A stretch of 64,000 nt of DNA. It comes from Camelus dromedarius (Eukaryota). Shown piece after piece: positions 11,485 to 22,900 of this stretch. The DNA lies in assembly GCF_036321535.1 (NCBI RefSeq), contig NC_087437.1, forward strand, positions 119,476,001-119,540,000, read 5' to 3'. Below the pieces are notes generated by a model. It saw only the letters and a program-made list of their open reading frames with translations, was not told the origin of the DNA and ran no database searches. The number at the start of each line of letters is the position of its first letter. Within the stretch, counting starts at the first letter, position 1. A program made the position numbers and the translations under genes.

Positions 11485-13370
11485 ATGCTCGCGGGTAACC
11501 TCGGCGGCGCCGCGCGATTGGCTGCGCGCGGGGCGCTGTTGCTAAGCGTGCGTGGAGGATGCCGAGCTCCCGGTCCGGATGCTGCGGCCTCTGCCGGCGG
11601 GTGGGGGCCTCCGCCTCCCTCGGTGTGCGGCTGTCCTGTGCACATCGGACCCCTGGGCGTTCAAACCCCACTGCGCCACCGCAGATCCGACCAACACCTG
11701 TGCCCAGAAAATGTGAGAACCTTTCCCACAGCCCAATTTTACCCTGGAGACGTCACTAAAATGCATCTGATGAATGGAGATTTTTTTCCCCAGATGATTA
11801 TTATTTTGATGTCTGTCTAAGCGTAACTGGGAGCCTCCACTGGAGCAGGAAGAGCACGCGGATATCTAGCCAGGCTGTCCTCAGGAAAGCGGTGGCGTCC
11901 TGGGTGGCGTCTTCGTCCTTGTTGCTTCCCTCAGTAGCGGGGAGCGGGGCGGGCTTCGTGAATTTTCCAGATGTCTCTTTAAAGTGGAAGGTAGGGCCAT
12001 CAGGTCAGATGCTCACGTTTTCTGCGAGACAAACAATATCTGAATCCTGGTAAAAACTTTGTTTTGCTTTGTTTAGTTTGTTTAGTTCAGTGGTTGAAGG
12101 AATGGGAGGGAGGGCCTCCTGGGTTGGGCCAAGCAGGTTGAGCTGTCAGCGTTTAAACATGACCAGGGTGGCTTGTGGAATCCTGGAATTTCCCTTAGGA
12201 GTCTGAGTGGCAGGTCCAGTAAGTGGGCTGGAGCCCAGCGGGTCAGTCACGCTGGGAGCCTGCCGCCTCCTGCTCCCTGCTGACTCGCTCCAGCCCGGGT
12301 GTGTTAGGCAGGCTCCAGGAAATAACAGCTGAACTTCACGTGTGTTTTCTGTAGCATCCAGTACACGTTGTGTGTGTGTGTGAACCCACAAATGTGGTAA
12401 TAAACATAAACATGATTTCTAGCAGCTGAGGCTCCAATCCAACCCCTCAAAGTCCTGGGACGCCTTGGTGGGATCGGAGGCACACTTTGCCCCTCCCTGG
12501 CGACCAAAGTCTTCTCTGGACACCAGGCTGGTCTAGTCCCTGTGGACTGAATTTTGGTGAGTTATGAAGCATTAAACACCATCACTCATACAGTTCCTGA
12601 ACAAACCCAAGGAGCCCAAGAGCTAATGACTGTTCTCGTAGTCTCGGATTTTAGCTGGTTGCTCATTTGATTTTGTGATTGTGGAGTTGACATTTTTGTA
12701 AACCTACCTGGAGATGCTGGTTCTCGAATCTCCGAGACTCACCCACCTGCAGGTGGGATGCAGGAGGCAGGGATGGTGGTGAGTAGCTTTTGCACAATAA
12801 ATTCCCTCCTGTGTGAAACCTTTCAGAAAAGGAGGAAAGGCACATTTCCGATGGCTGAGATGTTCCATCGCTACAAACAATAACAGTGCTTGTCTGCCAA
12901 GAACAGACTAGATACAAAAGCTGATTGAAAAGTCGGAAGCCCTTACGTTTAGTCTGACATTTCATCAGAGTCCCCCTTAAGATTTGCAAAGGAAGCTTGT
13001 GGGTTTCCTGTTTCTAAAGATCTGCATATCGGCCTGTCCAGAAAATGGTTATGTCCTGAATGGTATGAGAGGAAGCTGTCTAATCATGTGCTCCTTGTCA
13101 CGGCCCCTGAGGGGTCACAGATGTGCCCTGTGCCCCAGTCCAAGCCGTTCCCCCTCCTCGTCTCTGATTCTTGTCTGGCTAAGAGAGGAGGACAACTGTC
13201 CTCTCGTCAGTTCCTCTCTTCGTAGGAGCGTCTGTGCCTCTTGGCTTCAGAATTGGATACGTCTCTATGATGTAAATCTCAAGGTGCTCAACCTGGCTGA
13301 AAGTCTCTCTGTGGGAGGGACTCCCTTCCTACCTGTGTCCCAGCCTCTCTTCTCCACAGTCACTCCTTGT

Positions 13371-13389
13371 GGGCCAGCAGGTGGCACTG
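13371..13389 (+). promoter_or_regulatory. CTCF-like motif
   Basis: GGGCCAGCAGGTGGCACTG matches the CCASYAGRKGGCRS core. Confidence 0.45.
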
Positions 13390-13894
13390 CCTTCTGAGAA
13401 AGGGGTCTGCTCACTCAGTATCTGTGTGTTCTCTCTGGACCACGCCCTCTGCCCGGAACCCACCTTGCCTCCACAGGCAGGTGTCGGGGGAAGCCTGCCT
13501 TCGTTTGTGCTTATCTCTGGGGCCAGAGTCCTTCCTGGATACCTCCCTCCCCTCTGCCTACTACCATGGCACTCAGTGCACATGATTTTATGTTTTTCTT
13601 TCTCTGAGCCTCTAAATACGGGCTGTGTCAGTCACCTCCATCCCTGCCGCCCAGCCCCCGACCTCGTGCGGAGTCGGCACCCACTAAACATCTGCCAAAT
13701 GACTGAGATAACAAAAGCCCAAACCACAGTTGAAGAGCCAGAGCCTGGAGGAGATAGCAGCGCTTTGCTCGTCCCTTACTGTGTCGAGCCCGTGCGCCAC
13801 CTCTGAGTGACAGGTGGAAAGTGGCTTCTAAGGCCTGCTTCCTTGGGTCAGCCCAACCCCTAGCCTCAGCTGCCGCATCGTGGGCGGGCAGGCG

Positions 13895-14080
13895 GAGAGC
13901 CTGGATTCTGGGTCAGGTGGCCTGCTTTTGAATCTTGGCTTCACATGGTTTGGACCCTCGGTTTTCTCATCTGCAGAATGGGGCTGATACGAGTGCCAGT
14001 CTCAGACGGGCAGAGCGGGGCAGTGGCTGCGATCCGCTTACATCGGGGCCGGCACACAGTGGGGCTCAGATCTTTCTAGT
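13895..14080 (+). mobile_element. MIR SINE remnant
   Basis: ttgaatcttggct...cctcggttttctcatctgcagaatgggg. Confidence 0.55.
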
Positions 14081-15436
14081 GTGTGGGTCAAAGTTTGCTG
14101 AAGGGTTGGTTTTTGGGTTCTTGGCTTCATTAAGCATTTTACTTATAAATCATCATTATCATCCGTAACTTACCCAGTCTTCCCAGCATCCCCGTGGGGG
14201 GGTGGGTTCTTACCATTCCCCTGTGGCTCAGATCAGTGAAGTCCATCGTCCACTTGCCCAGACAGCACAGAAGTGCCGTCCCTTTCACAGAAACTGGGAA
14301 TCTTTCGTCCAGATGCCCGGAGCTCCCAGCCCTCAGGCAGCCGGCAGTCTTCGAGTAGATGTTCTCTGAGAATTTCTATACCATTCTTTCTCTAAGGTGC
14401 CTTGGGTTTCCTGCTCACGGCAACAATTAGGACTGAATCAACCGAGTGTTTCAGACATGTGAACCCTTGCCTGTTGTTAGGACGTATGTGCCTCCATGGA
14501 TTAGATAGGCAGAGGTTTCCTCTCTCTGGGAGGTCGTCAGGAACTTTAGGTCACTGACTGAGGAGTGTAGCTTCCTTGAGACATTTACATGGAAGCACCT
14601 ACCCTTGTAAGTTACTGGGTGGAAATTTCCGCAGTTGGTACAAAGCTCTCAGCGACATCACACTTCAGAACTTGGCTCAAGAGTGAGGTTTGTGTAGGTC
14701 CCCCTAGGAGGGTGTGAGATTTTATCAGGCGCTGTGCATTTTTGTCAGGCGGCTAGATTTTCACACCTGAAAATTAAGGCTGTTGTGCCCACTGCTTGCA
14801 GTGGTGGCCGTGGGGGCATCGGCGGTGAGCCGCCGTCTCCGCGTGGCAGCGGCACGGCTGGCGCGCGAATGCTGTTCTTGGACTTGCAGATATTTAACGT
14901 GAAATCCCATTGGCTGTAGTTTCGTAGAAAAAGCATTTTCCTTCCTTTGCAGTAATTCTGAGTTAATGTGTGACAAGAAGGAGGTTATGATGAATTGAGT
15001 TACACTGGGGCTTAGTTAAAATTTTCTTTTTCCTCTGTTTAAGAAAATGATTCTCGGTCTGCACCTGTTAGCAACGTGCTCTCGGTGGAGAAGGGGCTGG
15101 GGTGGGAATACGGCCTCTGGAGTAAAGGAGTCTGGATTCAAAGCCTGGCCCCACCAGTCACTAGCTGGGCGGCTGGGGGAGGGCCTTAACCTCCCTGTGA
15201 AAAGGGAAGAACAATAACAAAACCCATTTTACTGGACCAGATAACTTGATAGATATGAAGCTCTGTGCCCGACACGTGGTGTCTAATAAATGTAGCTACA
15301 GTCCTTACGAAGGGTGTTACGTGTGATGTAATATAATAATAACAGCCTGGAGTCAATAGGATGGATCAGAGCCTTTGGTTCCCATTCTAAAAGTAATTTA
15401 GGGGTAAAATCTGAGGACTTAGAGGTAAAAGGAGTG

Positions 15437-15547
15437 CAGGGGGTAAAGGCAGGCCTAGCTCAGTGGTAGAGCGCATGCTTAGCATGCATGATGTCCTGGG
15501 TTCAATTCCCAGTACCTCCATTAAAAATTAAAAAAAAAAGAAAGAAA
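15437..15547 (+). mobile_element. tRNA-Ala-derived SINE (Vic-1-like)
   Basis: TAGCTCAGTGGTAGAGCGCATGCTTAGCATGC...GGGTTCAATTCCCAGTACCTCCA plus A-rich tail; TSD TAAAAGGAGTG at 15426-15436 and 15548-15558. Confidence 0.9.
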
Positions 15548-17612
15548 TAAAAGGAGTGGATACTGCCCAGTTACAGTGCATGTTGACTTAGCTGAGCGAT
15601 CCCTGGGCACAGGGGAGGAGGGGGAGGCATTTGGGACATTCTCAAGGTCACTGGGCTGTAAGTCTTGTGTTAGACGGAGGGTCCAGCCCCGTGTGCCCAT
15701 CTTGGATGGCGAGGCTCCCCTAGGTAGAGGAGGAGGGCGGTGGTGGGACCTGCCTTGCCGTGCCCCCACCGCCTTGTCGGCCGTGGCCTCCACATCGTCA
15801 GGGGGAATTCCTGGCTTTGAGAAGTGTGAGCAGTAAGTGCAGATTTCCTGCGAGGGCCACTTGGACCCCGGGCTCCCATTGAGCCTGACTGATCCCAGGC
15901 TCCTCCTCTCTGCCCTGCATCCTGTCAAAAGATCCCTTGACCTCCCAGATCCATGGGCGCTGTTAATGAACTGGGAACGTTGAACTGTCTGCTTCTTTCA
16001 CACTTGCGCCTTGGAGCGTTTTTCTCACCGAGAACAAGGCAGTGTCATGGGAGGGGATGTGATGAGCTTGGAGCCCTCAGGCAGGGCTCAGGCCTGGCCC
16101 AGATTCCACCTGCTGTGCATCTTCGGGGACGGCAGACGCCCGTGACAAGTGCACACCATGTCCGCTCACGCGAGATCGAGGAGGCAGGCAGGCAGTGCAG
16201 GGTGAATCTGCTGCTCTGTGACTTTGTCGGCACTGTGGGGCGCGGGGAGTACCTGGGCAGACTCTCCAGAGGGAGTTGGGGACCACAGGTCTGGAATGGC
16301 CGGGAAGGAGCAGGTGGATGTCTGGAGGTTTATAACTCTGACGCTGGAGGACTTGTTCTTAGAGCACTGCCCACGTTCAGAACTGACTGCCTCTCAGGGC
16401 GCTGAGCCAGGCCTCTGGGCTAGGCCACCGGGTTTCCTGAGAACCTTCCTTCACGTGGCATCAGTGAGCTCGCTGTGGACTGAAGCGGGGGTGGGGGTGC
16501 ACACCAGAGCTGCCCTTCTGGGGGGAATTTGAAAATCCAAAGGGCTTTGATCATTTTATACTGTTTCTTCAACGATTCCATCGTATAGACGCCCCATGGT
16601 GCTTGGATCACTTGTGTTACAAACGTGCCTCCCAGGGAGGGTATGGAAGAAGGAGATGAGTTTCTAAGAAACAGGGGGTGGGGGTGGGCCAGTGAAGTTT
16701 TATTTTATTTTAAGCAAAATTATCAGAGCATGTGTCATTCTTACTACTGTATTTTGACTTTCATCATTTCTATTAGGGAATATTGCCTTTTTTAAAAAAA
16801 CTATGCTATAAGATGGGAGGAAGGTGATTAGCAACTAAAGGCAGAGATGCCTGGTACCCAGGACCCAGTGGTAAATCAGAGACAAGAAGGGGGGTCACCG
16901 CCGGGAGGATGCTGGCCTCTCAGGGGCCCTCGCCCTTTGGTGTCTCACGCCTCTGGCATCCACACTGCGTTCAGAGCTGGTGAGGGTGCAGCCGCCCGGC
17001 TTGTTTCTGCCCCTGGAAGCTGAAGCAGCAGGAGTCTGTCACAGTGAGCAGTGGTCCCACACCGAGTGAGCACCAGAGTGACCTGGAGGGTGATGGGGCC
17101 CCCTGCCCTGCCCCGAGGGTCTGCTTCAGCGAGTCTGGGGCAGGCGAGCCTAGGCGTGTGCCATAAGTGGTAGGCGACACTGATGCCGGCCCACTCTGAG
17201 ACCCACAGGGATAAAGCAGAGAGGAGCTGGTGGCCACTTGAGAGCCACACCGGACCGTTGAAAGGCTGGAGCAGGAAAGGCCCTGCCCGCACAGCCAGCT
17301 TCCCTGAGGATGAGTGTGTGTGCCACGGGTGCGGGCGCTGCTCTGGGAGGGACTTGGGGCTGGGCACAGTCTTCTGAGCCCCCACTCCATGGACTTGGGG
17401 AGCCTGGGGACCCCTCCCCACCACAGCAACCTGTAAAAGTTCACCATTCCCCAGGGCGTCCTGTGGGACAACAGGCTTCCCGCCGCGGGGTGACAGGGCC
17501 AGGATGCCTGGAGACAGCACTTCATGTTGTTGTTATTTGAGAGAGCGCGGACTGTATTTTTACCTTCATCTGATCCAGGGAACCATGTTGTAGGTATTCC
17601 AACTCCCTCCAC

Positions 17613-17812
17613 CCGTGTGTGTGCGTGTCTGTGTGTGCATGTGTTTGTGTGCATATGTGTGTGTCTGTGTGTGCATGTCTGTGTGCGTATGTGTGTCCAT
17701 GTGTACGTGTACACATGTGTGCATGTCTGTGTGTACATGTGTGCGCATGTGTGTGTGCGCGCGCATGTGTGCATGTCTGTGTGTGTGTGCATGTCTGTGT
17801 GTGCGTGTGTGT
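17613..17812. repeat. Degenerate TG/CA-rich tandem repeat (units like GTGTGTGCATGTCT)
   Basis: About 200 bp of mostly alternating purine-pyrimidine; source of spurious Cys/Val and His/Thr ORFs. Confidence 0.9.
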
Positions 17813-18149
17813 TTATGCTCCCTACTCTGCAATATCACCTGTCTGTGTGGGATAAACAAGATAAGGTGTCCTTCTGTCCGTATGTGAAAGCCGCCAAGGC
17901 CCCAAGTAAAGCTGCTCTGACCTCCATCACCGTCTGATGGATCCCCGGGCAGCTCCTCCGTGAAATCTGGGGAGGGGCTGGAGTGAAGCACCGGCCAGAT
18001 GGACGGGGGCGGCAGGAGCCGAGGGAGCTCAGCTCTAACCTGGCTGTCCCCTTTCCTCGTCTGTCACCCCTCCTGATCATTGACTAAAAGAAAAATTGCT
18101 CTCCTTTGGGTAAAACAGCACAGAAAGCAGGAACATCACTTGCAGAGGC

Positions 18150-18400
18150 TGGAGCCGGAGGCCAGGCTGGGCGGGGGAGCGCGGCCGGAGCAGCGCCGGG
18201 CTGGAGGGCGTCCCGGCAGCGCCGCGGCAGGAGGGGGCATCCGCGCCGCCCTCCGCGCCCGCCCGAGCCCGCGGGCCGCTGGCCGGCTCCCTGTTCGCCA
18301 GTCCGTCGGTGCGTCCGAAAGCCCTCAGACGTCTGCTGTCTCGTGCACCCGTTCCTGACGTCTGACGTGCCGTGTTGTCTCACTTTCGAATCCTCGCGCT
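18150..18400. promoter_or_regulatory. Small CpG-rich islet in intron 2
   Basis: Dense CpG and GC-box-like sequence followed by TGACG repeats at about 18355-18368. Confidence 0.5.
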
Positions 18401-20779
18401 CTTTTTGGCAAAGAACTGGCGCCTCTTCCTTGCCTCACAGATGGTAGATCCTGAATTGCAGAGATCGTAACTCATGAATTTTAAAAATCATACTTGGACC
18501 CAGAGGCGTCCTAGTGGTCGGAACGGCGGCTGGCGGTGGGGAGGCTTCTTGCTTTTGTGCGGAAGGGAGGGCCTGTCTCCATGGAGCCCGCTTCCCCCAC
18601 ACAAAATAACCGAGTCACCCGGAAGCTGGGAAGACACTGCTGAGAGCCGCCTGGACCTCACCCTGGGGAAGCCCTTTCACGTTCCGAGTGATGCCAAGCA
18701 GAAGTGACCCCAGCTTGCTGGAGGAATTTGAGGCCCAGAGAGGGCTGCGGGCCTGTGGGAGTCGTGTCGGAAGAGGAGGGGACAGCCAGAAATGTGGGCT
18801 CCAGCATTTCCCACCTCACTTGCTGAGGGTGACCTCCAAGTCAGACGACCCTGAGCCCAGTAGGTCCCCATCCCCCCCGTCACTGGCCCGGGTCTGCCCC
18901 CCAGGTGCCTCCTGCAATCCAGCCCCGCCCTAGGAGCTGGAGGGCGTTGGCCGCCCCATGCTTTGCACCAGAGGGTGTAGGATGAAGCACGCTTAGGGAG
19001 CAGAAGACTTTTGAAAGTCCGTAGACAGAAGAAGCGAAGAAAATGGTATTTACATAGAAGCTCATGCCTTTCTGTTAGCTTGTGGATAAGCCTCTTTCAT
19101 AAGGAAGATGTTGTTTGGGGGTTTTGTAGTCGTAAAACATGAAAGAACTGGAAGTCGCATTCTCCCCAGGTGGCCTGAGGCACTCGGGCCGGATGAAGGG
19201 CCTAATCGGCGAGGGAAACAGGGCCTCTTAACCTCGGTTTGTTTCTCGATATTGCCATTGCCTGGACGAAGCACTCTCGTGGACGCTGGGGTCCTCTCAT
19301 TTGCAAACTGGGCCGCACGCCCTGCAGTCCGGCGCAGACGAGCTGGCCAGCTGGGGGACAGGAGGAGGACAGGACAGATGGCAGAGCAGACAAAGACCAG
19401 CTGAGTCCCCTTGTGTGAAGGAGGCACGGGGTGGGGAGGGGGGCAGGCGGGTGGGAGGGAGGTCAGGGCAGAGACGAGATTGGCTCAGGGGAGGTGAGGC
19501 CAGGCGGGTAGGGACTAAATTCAAGGCCAGCCTCTGGAGGGAACCAGGTGATTTGGCATTTTCCCGTTTGTTCCTGAGCTCCGCCCTTTCTCCAACGCAC
19601 TTCCACATCCGAGTGACTTGGTGGAGCTCTGACGATCAGCAGATGGGGCTCAAGGTGGGGAAAGCGCTGGTAAGATGAGACACCTTGCCTGAGATCCCTC
19701 TCCCATGGAATGTTCTGGAATAAAACCAGGAACTATGGCCCTGTGCAGGAGCATCTCGGAGAGGCCAGGACAGTGGGGACACCTGGTACTGGAGGAGGCA
19801 GCTGGTCTGGGTGGTGGGAACAGGAGTGGACAGGAGCGATGGCCGGGGGGCGGGAGGTCGCTGCCCCATCTCTGAGCGGCTCACTGGCTCCCTGCCTCAG
19901 CGCACATCAGCTTCCAGACGTGTGAAGCCAGGAACTAGATTCGCCATCCACGCACTGCAGGGCTTTCTATAGGGGCTGCTGTTATGTATAAGGTAGTTTC
20001 TTAAGGGGAAACATAACCATCACTGGATATAAAATAGCTTTTAAAAGGAAGGACTGCTATCGAGTCATTTTTCACCCAAGATACTGGCAAAATAACACAG
20101 CTATTCTAATAATTTAGCTGTGAATGAACATTTTCACAACGTAAGCTCAGTCCGGTGGGAAAAGAGTAAATGGAGCTGCTTTGGCTAAGAAAAAAAGATC
20201 TCCAGCCACATGGTCATAAAGGGGTGAAGTACCATTCCATGCGCTTTTCAGTTTCTTTTTCATAAACTTGCCTTACAGAAAGGAAGAGATGTAATTTCAA
20301 GACACAGTTCATAGGCCTATATTTGTGCTTGTATGTGTAAATACATTCATGTATGATTATATTTATATGTGAGTATTTTTTTTTAAGTTAAGAGAAGGAG
20401 ATAAAGAGCCCTGTAGCCCAGGCTTCTCATTTTACAGGTTGGAAAACAAAGTCCCAGGCTGAGAGATTTTTGGGTTAAGAATCTAAATTTGTGTTGTATG
20501 TGCATTTATTTGTTTTGTTCTGAGAGGGCAATACATTGATGATTTTACTGTCAATACGAAAGCCTCGTGTAACCAGATTAGGATAAGCTTAAGAAAAAAT
20601 CAGACATCTACAATTACAACAGAGCCACCACACTGTAGACTTGACTGTGATTTTAAAATTACACTGGGGCAGCCCTGTACCTCAAATTAGACAGGAACGC
20701 ATAAGGTAAGAACACGCAGGATCATAAACTTCAAAGAAGCAATTTCTAGCTGCTCTTTTCCCAATTCTTGTTGAGTTTC

Positions 20780-20910
20780 TTTCTTTCTTTCTTTTTCCTT
20801 TTTCATATTCTTTTCCATTAAGGGCTATACAGATACTGAATCTCATTCCCTGGGCCACACAGGAGACATTTGTTTTTTAATCTATTTTTATATACGATGG
20901 TTATCTGCTT
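20780..20910 (-). mobile_element. Short L1 3'-end fragment
   Basis: ttttcatattcttttccatta...agatactgaat...ccctg...tctattttta, similar to the copy at 3659-3955. Confidence 0.65.
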
Positions 20911-21477
20911 CCTTCTTAATCTGAGTCATTTTCAAGGTAGAAAATGTTTGAATTTTGTTTTCCATTTTCATTCTACTTGCCATTCAACAAATTTCGGTGT
21001 TAATTACCTGTTATAAGCAGAGTCTTTTTGCTAAGTCTTGGGCGGGGGTGGCAGCGAGAATGACACAGCGCCCTCAGCGAGCTCCTCTTTCCCACGGGCA
21101 GTGGCTGCTGTGTGGAGGAGAGCTCGGGGAATGGGGGCGGGGGCGGGCGATCTGGGAAGTGGCGGGGCACAAATGTAATCGGCAAAGAAGCAGGGGGCTG
21201 GCGACTGGATGTCCAGTGGGAACAGAGGCAGCCCACCCCGGCTGGCAGGCAGGCTCTTAGAACAGAAGGGATGGGAGCCGCCAGAAGGGCCCTGCTGAGG
21301 CCCTGGCTGCGGTGTTGAAATTTGGGTGCTGGAAGAGGTCAGTGGTACCCAGTGATGAATGTGGACTTTCAGAAGCTGCCCAACCAGGGTGCAGGGCACC
21401 TGGGAGGAGAGAGGCTGGAGGCCCATAAAGGGTGTTTCACTACCACTGGGGTGAGTGAGACTCGAGTGAGACAGTGA

Positions 21478-21933
21478 GGTCTTGGGTTGAATGGTGACCC
21501 TGGAAAACGATGTGTCCTTGTTCCAAACCCATAACCTGGAAATGTGGCCATGCTAGGAGTAAGGGTCTTTGCAGATGTTGCTAGGTTAGGGATGTGGAAG
21601 TGAGGTCATCCTGGATTAGGTGGACTTGAAATCCAAGGGCAAGTTCTCAGAAGAGAAGGGGACAAGGTGGGAAAATCACAGAGTCACAGGGGAGAAGGCG
21701 TGTGCAGACCGAGGCAGAAACTGGAGATGTGCCAACATGCCAGGGAAGGCCTGGAGCCACCGAGGCTGGAAGAGGCAGGAAGGACCCTCCCCTAGAGCCT
21801 TCAGAGAGAGCCCGGCCCTGCTGACACTTTGATATCAGACTTCTGGTCCCCGGAACTGCAAAAGAATATGCTTCTGTTGTTTTAGGCAACAAACTTTGTG
21901 GTAACTTACTAAGACGGCCCCAGGAAACTAGTA
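21478..21933 (+). mobile_element. MaLR solo LTR (MLT1-like)
   Basis: gggttgaatggtgaccc...aagggtctttgcagatgt...gaggtcatcctggattagg...ccctagagccttcagag...ggaaacta. Confidence 0.8.
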
Positions 21934-22178
21934 GGAAAGAAAAGGAAGGACCACCATTTTGGAAAGAACCTCACTATGGGGCTGTGGTGAGGACGTGGAC
22001 GGAGGAAGCTCCTCAGGCGGCCGTGGGGAGTGGGAAGGGCTGTGGTCCCCAAAAACGTACTTGGCTTTATGAAACTGAGTCGAGGATGCGTGCGCTCTGT
22101 GGTCTGACACTTTTACTCCCACGTGTATACGGCGCTCTTAGAAGTTCCGTGTTTTTCATAATCACACAAGAGACTGGA

Positions 22179-22316
22179 GGAAAGGAATCTGGAAAAGAAT
22201 ATATATATATACACACATATATATATATATGTAAACTGATCCACTTTGCTGTACACCTGAAACTAACAGCACATTGTAAATCAACTATTCCTCAATTTAA
22301 AAAGGAGAGAAAGAAA
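22179..22316 (+). mobile_element. Short L1 3'-end fragment inserted into an older degraded L1M-like sequence (about 22060-22700)
   Basis: gaaaagaatatatat...ctttgctgtacacctgaaactaac...cattgtaaatcaactat; flanking direct repeat AGACTGGAG. Confidence 0.75.
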
Positions 22317-22744
22317 GACTGGAGACAACCCAAATGCTCATTGAAAGAAGACTGAAACGAGTCACTGACGCAGGCTGGCTGCACACGGCCAGCATCACAG
22401 AGAAGCGACAGTGAGTGAGCACAGGGTGGCGTCAGTAAGAACACGTCTCACGGACAAAATAACACTGAGCAGAAAACAAAAGCAATTGTTGGAATGCTCC
22501 CAATATGGCGCCACTTATATAAAGTCCAAAAGCAGGCAAATTTTATCAAAATTATGTACGGATAAATACAAATGGCATACAACAGAGAGAAAAATAAGGG
22601 AATAATGAAATTCAAGACAGTGGTGACATTTGGGCTGAGGAGGAGACTGAGATCAGGACGGACATGGCGTGTGTGTTCATTTATTTTTCCTTCCGTAAAC
22701 CTCACAAATGTGCCATCTGCGTTGGAGAGTTGACCGTGAGCGGA

Positions 22745-22900
22745 CTTGGAGCCAGGCTGCTTGGGTTAAATTCTGGCCGCCCACCTATTAGCCGTGGTAC
22801 CTTGGGAAAGTCATTTTGTCTCTGTGCCTCAGTCTTCTCATCTATAAAATGATGAGAAGTTAGAGCATGCGCCTCGTGGGGCTAGCTCACGGGGCATCTC
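22745..22900 (+). mobile_element. MIR SINE remnant
   Basis: ggagccaggctgcttgggttaaattctggc...ccttgggaaagtcatt...ctctgtgcctcagtcttctcatctataaaatg. Confidence 0.65.

Larger units (their letters stand above)
11200..11700. promoter_or_regulatory. Intragenic CpG island with NRF1 motif, GCC repeat, LXRE and CCAAT box
   Basis: Very CpG-dense; TGCGCGTGCGCA 11416-11427; GATTGGCT 11516-11523. Confidence 0.8.

Noticed and set aside
11559..11718. Second possible first exon (ATG 11559, donor AAT|GTGAGA at 11713)
   Set aside because: Phase 1, but splicing to exon 3 creates T|GA, an immediate stop, and the donor is weaker.
15451..15520. Apparent tRNA-Ala(AGC) gene
   Set aside because: It has an A-rich tail, an 11-bp TSD, a disrupted 5' acceptor stem and three related copies in the window, so it is a SINE.
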